Assembly (NCBI RefSeq): GCF_032567735.1
Contig: NZ_JAWHCX010000011.1
Length of the DNA stretch: 64,000 bases
Source: Gemella haemolysans
Lineage (GTDB): Bacteria; Bacillota; Bacilli; Staphylococcales; Gemellaceae
Strand: one strand, 5' to 3'
Of this stretch, positions 10,439 through 18,001 are shown one piece after another. Below the pieces are notes generated by a model that worked only from the letters and a program-made list of their open reading frames with translations, made no database searches and was not told where the DNA came from. Each line of letters begins with the position of its first letter. Positions within the stretch are counted from its first letter, which is position 1. The translations under genes and the position numbers were made by a program.

Positions 10439-10873
10439 TTAGTCTGCTAAGTAAGAACGTAACATCCAAACATTTTTTTCTAATTGAGTTTTTAGGCCTA
10501 ATGCTAAGTCAGAAGTACCTTGATCTCCTTCTTCTTCAGCTACACTCATAAGGTGAGTTAAGTCGTTGATTAGTAATTCGAAATCATGGAATACAGCTGC
10601 AACCATTTCTTTAGTTGTTTCTTTTTCAGTTGCTTCTTTGATTGTTGCGATTTCTAAAGCACCTTTAAGTGTAGAAACTGGGCGACCTCCGATTGCTAAT
10701 AATCTTTCGGCAACTTCATCTAAAGATTCAGTTGTATAGTTGTAATAGTTTTCAAATACTTCGTGTAGTGTGTAAAAGCTACTTCCAGTTACATACCAGT
10801 GGAAGCTGTGTAATTTTGTGTATAATACTGTTAAGTTTGCTACAAGTTTGTTTAATTCTGTTGTACGTGTCAT
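10439..10873 (-). CDS. dps: Dps-family DNA-protection / ferritin-like protein
   Basis: 144 aa. LNKLVANLTVLYTKLHSFHWYVTGSSFYTLHEVFE.YY is the Dps ferroxidase-region signature. Confidence 0.85.
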   Translation of the reverse strand: MTRTTELNKLVANLTVLYTKLHSFHWYVTGSSFYTLHEVFENYYNYTTESLDEVAERLLAIGGRPVSTLKGALEIATIKEATEKETTKEMVAAVFHDFELLINDLTHLMSVAEEEGDQGTSDLALGLKTQLEKNVWMLRSYLAD

Positions 10874-10910
10874 TATAAATTCTCTCCTTTAGTTTGTATT
10901 TTATGCTTAA

Positions 10911-10939
10911 ATTATAGCACTATGAATACGTAATGTAAA
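10911..10939 (-). promoter_or_regulatory. Candidate sigma-A promoter of dps
   Basis: Minus strand reads TTTACA, a 17-nt spacer, then TATAAT, about 35 nt upstream of the dps ATG. Confidence 0.5.
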
Positions 10940-10962
10940 GTTTGTAGTCTTATAATAGTTAT

Positions 10963-10977
10963 TGAGAATTATTATCT
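10963..10977. promoter_or_regulatory. Fur/PerR-family box (two mismatches)
   Basis: TGAGAATTATTATCT compared with the 7-1-7 consensus TGATAATNATTATCA. It lies just upstream of the dps -35. Confidence 0.45.
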
Positions 10978-11025
10978 AAAACAAAGGTTGATATGACAAT
11001 GTTTTCCAAGGTGAAAAATTATAAA

Positions 11026-11040
11026 TGATAATCATTATCA
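11026..11040. promoter_or_regulatory. Perfect Fur-type 7-1-7 box
   Basis: TGATAATCATTATCA equals the consensus TGATAATNATTATCA. It sits in the dps / yidD divergent intergenic region. Confidence 0.6.
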
Positions 11041-11122
11041 AAAGCTATTGTTGTATTTAAGGAGTAATAAGTTGAAATTAATCTAGTGAATTGTTAAAAT
11101 AAATCAGAAAGGAGTGCTTTTA

Positions 11123-11374
11123 ATGGCGAAGATTTGTATATTTTTAATAAAATTATATAGAAAGTATATATCACGTTATACAAGACCTACATGTAGATTT
11201 TCACCGACATGTTCTAGTTATGCAATGGAAAGTTATAAAAGATTCGGTTTTTTCCTGGGGACTTACTTAACTGTAAAAAGACTTTTAAAGTGTCATCCTT
11301 TCTACAAGGGAGAGTATTTTGATAATGTTCCTTTATTTAAGAGAGAAATATTTAAGTTTAATAGAAAAAAATAA
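11123..11374 (+). CDS. yidD: Membrane protein insertion efficiency factor YidD
   Basis: YRKYISRYTRPTCRFSPTCSSYAMESYKRFGFFLGTYLTVKRLLKCHPF carries the YidD signature. ATG 11123 follows AAAGGAG and is preferred to the GTG at 11114. Confidence 0.85.
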   Translation: MAKICIFLIKLYRKYISRYTRPTCRFSPTCSSYAMESYKRFGFFLGTYLTVKRLLKCHPFYKGEYFDNVPLFKREIFKFNRKK

Positions 11375-11405
11375 AGAGGCAGCTGAAATCAGCTGCCTCT
11401 TTATT
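11373..11405 (+). terminator. Rho-independent terminator of yidD
   Basis: AAAGAGGCAGCTG-AAAT-CAGCTGCCTCTTT: a perfect 13-bp stem, then a weak U-tract (TA TT). Confidence 0.8.
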
Positions 11406-11604
11406 GGGCGAAATTGTTGTATTTGGATAAAAATTTGAAATGTTGATTGATTTGTTGAAAAGATAATAAGGGGTTGTTTCAACAATATAACTATTTTTTA
11501 TTAATGTATTTATAAGTAAATCCTCATAATTACCTATAAACAGTGATTTTTATTGCAAAAGTGAGGTAAATCCTCATAATTATCCACATATGCAAGAGCT
11601 AATG

Positions 11605-12072
11605 TTATTTATCAATGTTATTTCCAGCATCTAACCATGCGGCAATTCCGCCCGGAAATCTATAGACATTTTTATATCCAGCTTCTTTTGCTAATACTGC
11701 TCCGACGTGGCTTCTTTCACAAGCAACAAATCCACAGTAGATAACAATTTTTTTATCTTTATCAGTACCTAAAGTTTTTAAGAATGCTTCTTTTTCTTCT
11801 GGTTTTAAATCTTTCATTTCTTTAGGTAAACCAGCATTTACAGCACCTTTGATTTTTGTTTTTTCGAAGCGATCAGAAGGAATGGTGTTGATTAAAATCA
11901 TATCTTCTTTGTTATCGATAGATTTTTTCAATTCATCTGCACTTATTAAATTATAATCTCCAGTTTTTGTAGCTTTAACAAGTTTGATGGATGCTTTTTC
12001 CACTTCGTTTTCTTTTCCATCTTTTGCAGAGCGGTTAAGCCCATCACCACTACTACAACCAACTAAAGACAC
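11605..12072 (-). CDS. Rhodanese-domain (sulfurtransferase) protein; the lipoprotein signal peptide is encoded out of frame upstream
   Basis: The C-terminal region KIVIYCGFVACERSHVGAVLAKEAGYKNVYRFPGGIAAWLDAG is a rhodanese fold with a catalytic Cys loop. The ORF as written starts at GTG inside a lipobox (..SLVGC). The ATG at 12121 and its RBS are one frame off across an A9 run (see findings). Confidence 0.7.
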   Translation of the reverse strand: MSLVGCSSGDGLNRSAKDGKENEVEKASIKLVKATKTGDYNLISADELKKSIDNKEDMILINTIPSDRFEKTKIKGAVNAGLPKEMKDLKPEEKEAFLKTLGTDKDKKIVIYCGFVACERSHVGAVLAKEAGYKNVYRFPGGIAAWLDAGNNIDK

Positions 12073-12357
12073 AGAAAGTAGTATACTAGATAAAGCTAAA
12101 GTTATTTTATTTTTTTTTCATAAATAGAATCCCCCTTTAATTTTCACTTTTATTATAACATAAAAAACGTTTAGTATAAACAAATTATATAATAAAATTT
12201 AATTATATTAAGATAAGTGATAACTATTATTTCAGTGTTATTTATATGTAAACTAAAAAATATAAAACAGAATATATGAAAATTAATAAAAAATTAATAT
12301 ACTTATTAATTTTTATTATTTAAAAGTAATAGTCGGAAGAATTGCAGTTTTTGTATA

Positions 12358-12392
12358 ATAAAAAACACTACTACTAGTAGATAGTAGCAGTG
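12358..12392 (-). terminator. Rho-independent terminator of the ferrochelatase gene
   Basis: The minus strand reads CACTGCTACTA-TCTAC-TAGTAGTAGTG followed by TTTTTTATT. Confidence 0.65.
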
Positions 12393-12423
12393 CAATATTT
12401 TTTTAGTATTAATTTATAAAATA

Positions 12424-13527
12424 TTATTTTTTACTAAATATACTTTTAACGAAATTTAAAATTTTTGCTTTACGACTTGTTTCTTTATTGGCTAGCATTT
12501 TTTTAACGAAGTCAGGCATTTCAGGTTTTTCACCGTCTTTTTTATTAGCCAGCATTTTTTTAACGAAGTCGGGCATTTCGGCTTTTTCTTTATCCATTTC
12601 GTTAAATGTTGTTTGTTCTGGATTATGATAGATAAAAGGATTATCTTTGTTACCATTAACTGCAGAAACTAGAGCTTCTATTAAACGAGCGTCATAGTTT
12701 GGCATTGGTGGTCTATGATATGCTACTCCAAATTCTTCGCAAAGTTCACGACATTCAACATCATTATCAAAAAGAACTTCAATGTGTTCACTTATAAAAC
12801 TAAGAGGTACAAATATATAGTGTTTAGGATGTTCTTTTTGGTCTCTTAAATATTCTAGTACATCAGGTTTAATCCATGGCATACCAATATCACTTTCACT
12901 TTGCCATGTGTTTGTATAGTTATCTTTATCGAGTCCTATTTTCTCCACTATAATCTTAGTCATATCAAAGATTTGATCAACATAAGGGTCGTTATATTTC
13001 AAAGCAATTTCAGGCACGCTATGTGCAGAAAAAATTACTTTGTAGCTATCATCTTTAATCTCTGTATTAATAATTTTTTTGATTTCATCAGCCCAAAATT
13101 CAATTAATTTTTCTTCTTTATACCAAGATTTTATTATATTAAATTTGATTTTATCACTCTTAATAAATCTTTCATATCCCATAATAGAATAGAATGAATA
13201 ATGAGGTTCTAAAATTAAGCAAATACATTCTTCTATATTGTCTTCTTCCATTTTTGAAATTACATCAGGGATATATGGAGAAGAGAACTTATTTGCGAAG
13301 TATACTTGATATTCATCTCGGACAGCTTCTTTTAGCAGATCAACTTCTTTAAGTGTGATTTCTTGAAGGGGAGAACCATCTATGCGAAGATAGTTTTTTA
13401 ATAAATGGTTGATTTCATCATCGTTAGGACGAACTCCTCTTCTAATATTCGTGAAAAATTGAGCTATACCTTCAAATGTATACTCTTCAGGTGTTCCATA
13501 TGTCATAACTAGAATGGATTTTTTCAT
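12424..13527 (-). CDS. hemH: Ferrochelatase (coproporphyrin ferrochelatase type) with a ~55-aa repeat-containing C-terminal extension
   Basis: 367 aa. The N-terminus ([30 protein letters not shown]....L..Y..I.G.SPL.EIT) parallels B. subtilis HemH. The tail contains [13 protein letters not shown] twice. Confidence 0.85.
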   Translation of the reverse strand: MKKSILVMTYGTPEEYTFEGIAQFFTNIRRGVRPNDDEINHLLKNYLRIDGSPLQEITLKEVDLLKEAVRDEYQVYFANKFSSPYIPDVISKMEEDNIEECICLILEPHYSFYSIMGYERFIKSDKIKFNIIKSWYKEEKLIEFWADEIKKIINTEIKDDSYKVIFSAHSVPEIALKYNDPYVDQIFDMTKIIVEKIGLDKDNYTNTWQSESDIGMPWIKPDVLEYLRDQKEHPKHYIFVPLSFISEHIEVLFDNDVECRELCEEFGVAYHRPPMPNYDARLIEALVSAVNGNKDNPFIYHNPEQTTFNEMDKEKAEMPDFVKKMLANKKDGEKPEMPDFVKKMLANKETSRKAKILNFVKSIFSKK

Positions 13528-13851
13528 TGTTTAACCTCTCATAATTGTATAGTTATATATGATTATACCACTTTTTGTACTAAAACACACGTATTATCGT
13601 ATTATTACAGAAAATTATTATTGATTGCGATTCCACATTGATTAAACTTAGTTAATTTAGTCTGTTATATTTAAGAAGTAATTATGGCGAGTTAACTAAA
13701 AGTAAATAAGTATTATAAAGTATAAGAAAACATTAAAAAACTATTGCAAAAAACACGGAAAAGTTATAATATATAAGATAACTAAAAAGTGCACTAATAA
13801 GAGAGTTTTAAAATCTCCAATTGGTAGTTGTATAAAGGAGGATGTGTTTAA

Positions 13852-14208
13852 GTGAGAAAGAAAATATTGGGAGCAATAACATTTATGGCTGCTGTAGGTG
13901 GAGTTATTTATATGAAAAATAATCCTAAGTATAAAGAAATAGTTAGAGTCGTAAAAACTGCAGATGCACGTGGTTTTTATGAAAAAATAATTTTAGAAAA
14001 AGATAAACTTGCATTCACAGCAAAAGCAAAAATTAAAGATTACAAGATTGATTATGAGAGTATAAGAAATGTTGGAGAGAAGATTTACGCACGTCTAATA
14101 GTGAATAATGATGAGAAGTTAAATATTGATACGGTGATAAGTGAGAAAGATACGAATGTAGAAGAAGTATCACATTCAGAAAAATTGGATGAATTGTTGA
14201 ATAAGTAA
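13852..14208 (+). CDS. Hypothetical membrane-anchored protein
   Basis: 118 aa, GTG start 10 nt after AAGGAGG, N-terminal hydrophobic segment ILGAITFMAAVGGVIY. I recognise no family. Confidence 0.4.
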   Translation: MRKKILGAITFMAAVGGVIYMKNNPKYKEIVRVVKTADARGFYEKIILEKDKLAFTAKAKIKDYKIDYESIRNVGEKIYARLIVNNDEKLNIDTVISEKDTNVEEVSHSEKLDELLNK

Positions 14209-14254
14209 CAGAATAGAGTTTAAAAAGAATTTCCTAGGAAATTTAAAAAAAAGG

Positions 14255-14295
14255 AATCCTCCATTACAGTAAGGTGATGTAATGGAGGATTTTTC
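14255..14295. terminator. Bidirectional terminator between the convergent genes 13852-14208 and ribU
   Basis: AATCCTCCATTAC-11 nt-GTAATGGAGGATT, with an A8 run upstream and TTTT downstream. Confidence 0.75.
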
Positions 14296-14324
14296 ATGGT
14301 TAAATTAATTAGTATCTAATATTA

Positions 14325-14885
14325 TTATGCGAAACGGCTACGAATACTAGTTGGTATTGATTTGTAAACACTCTTAGTAATGAAGAATAAGAATGTTACT
14401 AAAGCACCTTTAAGTAGGTTGAATGGTATAATACCAGCCGTTACGATTGTTTTTATGTTAGTCACGATATCAGCTAAGTTCATGATATATCCATACGCTG
14501 GAAGTAACACGAAGTAGTTAAGTAGTGACATGAATAATGTAATTGCTAGTGTTCCTAAAATACCACCGATAATAGTTTTAGCAGTACCTTTTTTGTAGAA
14601 AAGTACGATAATACTAATGAAAGTAAATTCAACTACGATATTGGCAATTGATCCGATTGGTTCATGTGATAATAATGCGAAGTGTAGGAAGTTTTTTAAG
14701 AATGACACTAAAAGAGCATCTTTATAACCTAATAATAACAACGCCATGAACAGCGGGATAAACGTGAAATCAAATTTTAGAAATGGTGGCAAGAATGGCA
14801 CAGCAAAACTAAAAAAAGATAGAAGTAGAGCAATAACTGCAAGCATTCCACTTAAAACAAGTGAATGAACATTTTTTTTGTACAT
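14325..14885 (-). CDS. ribU: ECF-transporter S component, riboflavin-specific (RibU-like)
   Basis: 186 aa polytopic membrane protein similar by eye to B. subtilis RibU/FmnP (..FP.LP.FLK.DF...P......LG...). It lies directly downstream of an FMN riboswitch. Confidence 0.75.
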   Translation of the reverse strand: MYKKNVHSLVLSGMLAVIALLLSFFSFAVPFLPPFLKFDFTFIPLFMALLLLGYKDALLVSFLKNFLHFALLSHEPIGSIANIVVEFTFISIIVLFYKKGTAKTIIGGILGTLAITLFMSLLNYFVLLPAYGYIMNLADIVTNIKTIVTAGIIPFNLLKGALVTFLFFITKSVYKSIPTSIRSRFA

Positions 14886-15094
14886 ATTAAATCCTCTTTC
14901 CTATCTTCATAGGCAAAAAATAACCGCAATATAATTTTTAAAAAGGTGTCTTAAAAATCTATATTAGATATTAAAAACACCACTTTAAAAATTTTAAAGC
15001 GGGACTGAAAGGTATGAAAAATAAGCGTTGCACAATACATTGTATGACAAATATACATATGTAGTAAGGTTATATGTGCAAGTTTATTAATTCT

Positions 15095-15205
15095 ATATCT
15101 TCTATCATCCAGACTGTACTGTCGGTTTTGGAATTTCACCAAATCAGCTTACGCTCGCGGACTTTAACCGCCGGTCGGGAATTTCACCCTGCCCCGAAGA
15201 TAATT
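15095..15205 (-). promoter_or_regulatory. FMN riboswitch (RFN element) controlling ribU
   Basis: The minus strand reads CUUCGGGGCAGGGUGAAAUUCCCGACCGGCGGUUAAAGUCCGCGAGCGUAAGCUGAUUUGGUGAAAUUCCAAAACCGACAGUACAGUCUGGAUGAUAGAAG. All conserved RFN blocks are present. Confidence 0.9.
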
Positions 15206-15327
15206 TAATTATTTATTATAGGTTTATTATAAACCGAAGATTTTAGTTTGTAAAGAGAAAAGGCTTAACTTTTTTAATAGATAAAAGTAGCTCAGAAATT
15301 AATTTTCCGAGCTACTTAAATTATTTA

Positions 15328-17130
15328 TTATTCTACTGTTACTGATTTAGCTAAGTTACGTGGTTTATCCACATCTAAACCTTTAGTGTAAGCTGCATAG
15401 TATGCGAATAATTGTGTAACAACGATACTTGCGATTGGAGCAAGATCTTCGTTTACGTTAGGAATCGCATAGTCACCTTCACGTGCTAATTTTTCTAATG
15501 TAATGATTAGAGTATTAGCTCCACGGCTAGCTACTTCACTTACGTTACTACGTGTATTTAAGTCTAGTTTTGCACTTGTGATAAGAGCTACAACTGGTGT
15601 TCTTTCTTCGATAAGAGCGATTGTACCGTGTTTTAATTCTCCTCCGGCAAATCCTTCTGTTTGAATATAAGAAACTTCTTTAAGTTTTAAAGCTGCTTCA
15701 CATGCACTATAGTAGTCGATTCCACGCCCAATATAGAATGCATTACGTTCAGTGAATAAGTTTTTAGCTAAGTCTTTGATAGTTTTTGTATCATCTAAGA
15801 TTGATTCTATTGCTGAAGTAATTACTGATAATTCTTGCTCGATATCGAATTTAGGTTGTCTTGAAAGTTGTTTTGCTACTTCGTAAGCTAGTATACTTAA
15901 TGTTGCGATTTGAGCAGTATATGCTTTAGTAGATGCAACTGCGATTTCAACACCTGCATGAAGTAATAATGTATAGTCACATTCACGAGATAGAGTTGAA
16001 GCATCAACGTTAGTAAGTACTAAGAATTTATAATCTTCATTTACACTACGTAATTTCGTTAGTACTGCACGAAGGTCAGCTGTTTCTCCTGATTGAGAAA
16101 GGAAGATGAACATTGGTTTTTTCGATAATAATGGTACATTGTAAGCAAATTCTGATGCTAAGTGTACTTCTGTTGGGATACCAGCCCATTTTTCGAAGTA
16201 GTTTCTTCCTACTAAACCAGCGTTATAACTTGTACCACATCCGATAATGTATAATCTATCAGCATCTTTTACATTGTTAATAATGTCGCTATTAATATTA
16301 ACATCGTGTCCATCGAAGTAGTGAGAGATGATGTTACGCATAGCTCCTACTTGCTCATGAATTTCTTTAATCATGTAATGTTCGTGGATACCTTTATCGA
16401 TTTCTCCAGCATTTAAGTTAGTAGAGAAACTTTCGCGCTCTATGACATTACCTTCTTTATCTTCTATAGTTACACTATCTTTTTTCACGATAACAAATTC
16501 ACCATCGTTAATTTCTAAGAAGTTGTTAGTGTACTTAATCATTGCTAAAGCATCACTACCAACATAGTTTTTGTTTTCTTCTCCTAGTCCGATAAGTAGA
16601 GGACTCTTATTTTTTGCTACATATAATGTATCTTTATCTTCTGTGTCGATTAAACAAAGTGCATAAGATCCTTGTAATTTAGATACAGCTTTTTTGAAAG
16701 CTTCTTTAGTGTCAAGACCACGATCGCTATAAACTTGTACTAATTGAACGATAACTTCAGTGTCAGTTTCAGAAACAAGTTCTACACCTTTGAAAAATCT
16801 TTCTTTAAGTTCTTGGAAGTTTTCGATAACTCCGTTATGAACTAAAATAAAACGTTTGTTGAAGCTTTGGTGAGGGTGAGAGTTAGTTGTGTTAACTCCA
16901 CCGTGAGTAGCCCAACGTGTATGACCAATACCTAATTCTAGGTGAAGACCTTCAGGTATTAAGGCTTCTAAATTTTTAATACGACCTACAGACTTAGTAA
17001 CACTAGCCTCTCCGTTAACAACACCAGCAATACCAGCTGAGTCGTATCCTCGGTACTCAAGACTACTTAGTCCATCAATTAAAAATTTAACTCCATTTGC
17101 TTCTCCAACAAATCCTACAATTCCACACAT
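15328..17130 (-). CDS. glmS: Glutamine--fructose-6-phosphate aminotransferase
   Basis: 600 aa. N-terminal MCGIVG nucleophile, two SIS domains and a C-terminal ..KPRNLAKSVTVE. Confidence 0.95.
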   Translation of the reverse strand: MCGIVGFVGEANGVKFLIDGLSSLEYRGYDSAGIAGVVNGEASVTKSVGRIKNLEALIPEGLHLELGIGHTRWATHGGVNTTNSHPHQSFNKRFILVHNGVIENFQELKERFFKGVELVSETDTEVIVQLVQVYSDRGLDTKEAFKKAVSKLQGSYALCLIDTEDKDTLYVAKNKSPLLIGLGEENKNYVGSDALAMIKYTNNFLEINDGEFVIVKKDSVTIEDKEGNVIERESFSTNLNAGEIDKGIHEHYMIKEIHEQVGAMRNIISHYFDGHDVNINSDIINNVKDADRLYIIGCGTSYNAGLVGRNYFEKWAGIPTEVHLASEFAYNVPLLSKKPMFIFLSQSGETADLRAVLTKLRSVNEDYKFLVLTNVDASTLSRECDYTLLLHAGVEIAVASTKAYTAQIATLSILAYEVAKQLSRQPKFDIEQELSVITSAIESILDDTKTIKDLAKNLFTERNAFYIGRGIDYYSACEAALKLKEVSYIQTEGFAGGELKHGTIALIEERTPVVALITSAKLDLNTRSNVSEVASRGANTLIITLEKLAREGDYAIPNVNEDLAPIASIVVTQLFAYYAAYTKGLDVDKPRNLAKSVTVE

Positions 17131-17382
17131 ATAAAAAATTCCTCGCTTTTTTCTTTATTTAATTTAATTGTCGTCTCATAGAAAGTACTATGAAAATTAT
17201 ATTCACTCAAAATTATTATACTTCATAAAGTTTATGTAAACTTTAAAGGAAGCATTATGAGTCTAATAGAGAGAGGATAATGATTTTAAGGGTTCTTATA
17301 TCTAATACTGCACTCCTCCGCTGTAGCTATGAGTTACTCAAAATATAAGGAATGTAATGATGAAATATTTTGTTAGTAGCCA

Positions 17383-17668
17383 CTGTAAGTATCTTGTCGT
17401 CACTGTGTTCCTAAAGATACTAAGGTACACCCCAGCAGTGGCAACTAAAGTTTTTTACGTCATTATTCCTAAAAACTAAGTTGCTGTTGCATACGCTATA
17501 TCTAAATATTTCGTCGTCTCTTCGTTCCTAGAAATATTAAGATCTACCCCAGCAGTGGCAACTAAAGTTTTTCGCGTCATTCTTCCTTAAAAACTAAGTT
17601 GCTGTTGCATACGCTGTACCTAAGTATCTTGTCGTCACTGTGTTCCTAAAGATACTAAGGTACATCCC
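17383..17668 (-). repeat. 2.5 tandem copies of a ~115-nt two-hairpin module in the glmS leader
   Basis: The units are 17383-17495, 17496-17613 and a partial third at 17614-17668. Each is built from hairpin A (15-bp stem, loop UAGGAAC-N6-GACGAC in the glmS sense) and hairpin B (flanks CGUAUGCAACA / ACUGCUGGGG). Confidence 0.85.
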
Positions 17669-17788
17669 ATTGTACATTATCTAACGAAACTCTCTGGTTC
17701 CGAAAAAGCATCCGCCGAATTTTCGATAACTTTTTTCCTCGTCAACTAAGCTCAATTTAACCTTTAGAACTTAGTTCGGGCGCTATAA
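17660..17788 (-). promoter_or_regulatory. glmS ribozyme / GlcN6P riboswitch (core; the 3' peripheral domain may extend into the repeat)
   Basis: The minus strand reads UAUAGCGCCCGAACUAAGUUCUAAAGGUUAAAUUGAGCUUAGUUGACGAGGAAAAAAGUUAUCGAAAAUUCGGCGGAUGCUUUUUCGG. This matches the conserved glmS ribozyme core, including the A/GCGCC cleavage site. Confidence 0.85.
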
Positions 17789-17832
17789 TTATAAATTCAA
17801 ATTACCTCCTAATATTTTTGATCGTACATACT

Positions 17833-17861
17833 ATTATACTAGATGAAAAGGGCGTTGTAAA
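17833..17861 (-). promoter_or_regulatory. Candidate sigma-A promoter of the glmS leader
   Basis: Minus strand reads TTTACA, a 17-nt spacer, then TATAAT. The -10 ends about 45 nt upstream of the ribozyme cleavage site. Confidence 0.55.
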
Positions 17862-17956
17862 CTGAAAGGATATATTTACATAAGCTCAAATATTAAAATA
17901 AAGAATCTGAAAATTTAACCCTAATTTTTAGAATGAAAGAAATATAAGGCTCACTA

Positions 17957-17992
17957 ATAAAAAAACCTACTTACTTTTACAGTAAGTAGGTT
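17957..17992 (-). terminator. Terminator of the lipoprotein gene 18002-18802
   Basis: AACCTACTTACT-5 nt-AGTAAGTAGGTT, followed on the minus strand by TTTTTTTATT. Confidence 0.75.
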
Positions 17993-18001
17993 TTAATGTT
18001 A

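Noticed and set aside
11516-11582. The 17-bp direct repeat GTAAATCCTCATAATTA occurs twice, 50 bp apart, between the convergent yidD and rhodanese genes.
   Set aside because: It is a short AT-rich repeat in a terminator-side spacer. There is no promoter context, no palindromic character and no further copies seen. It could be chance or a relic.
14951-15142. A 63-aa minus-strand ORF upstream of ribU.
   Set aside because: It starts (TTG) inside the conserved core of the FMN riboswitch and has no RBS. The sequence is explained by the riboswitch and its expression platform.
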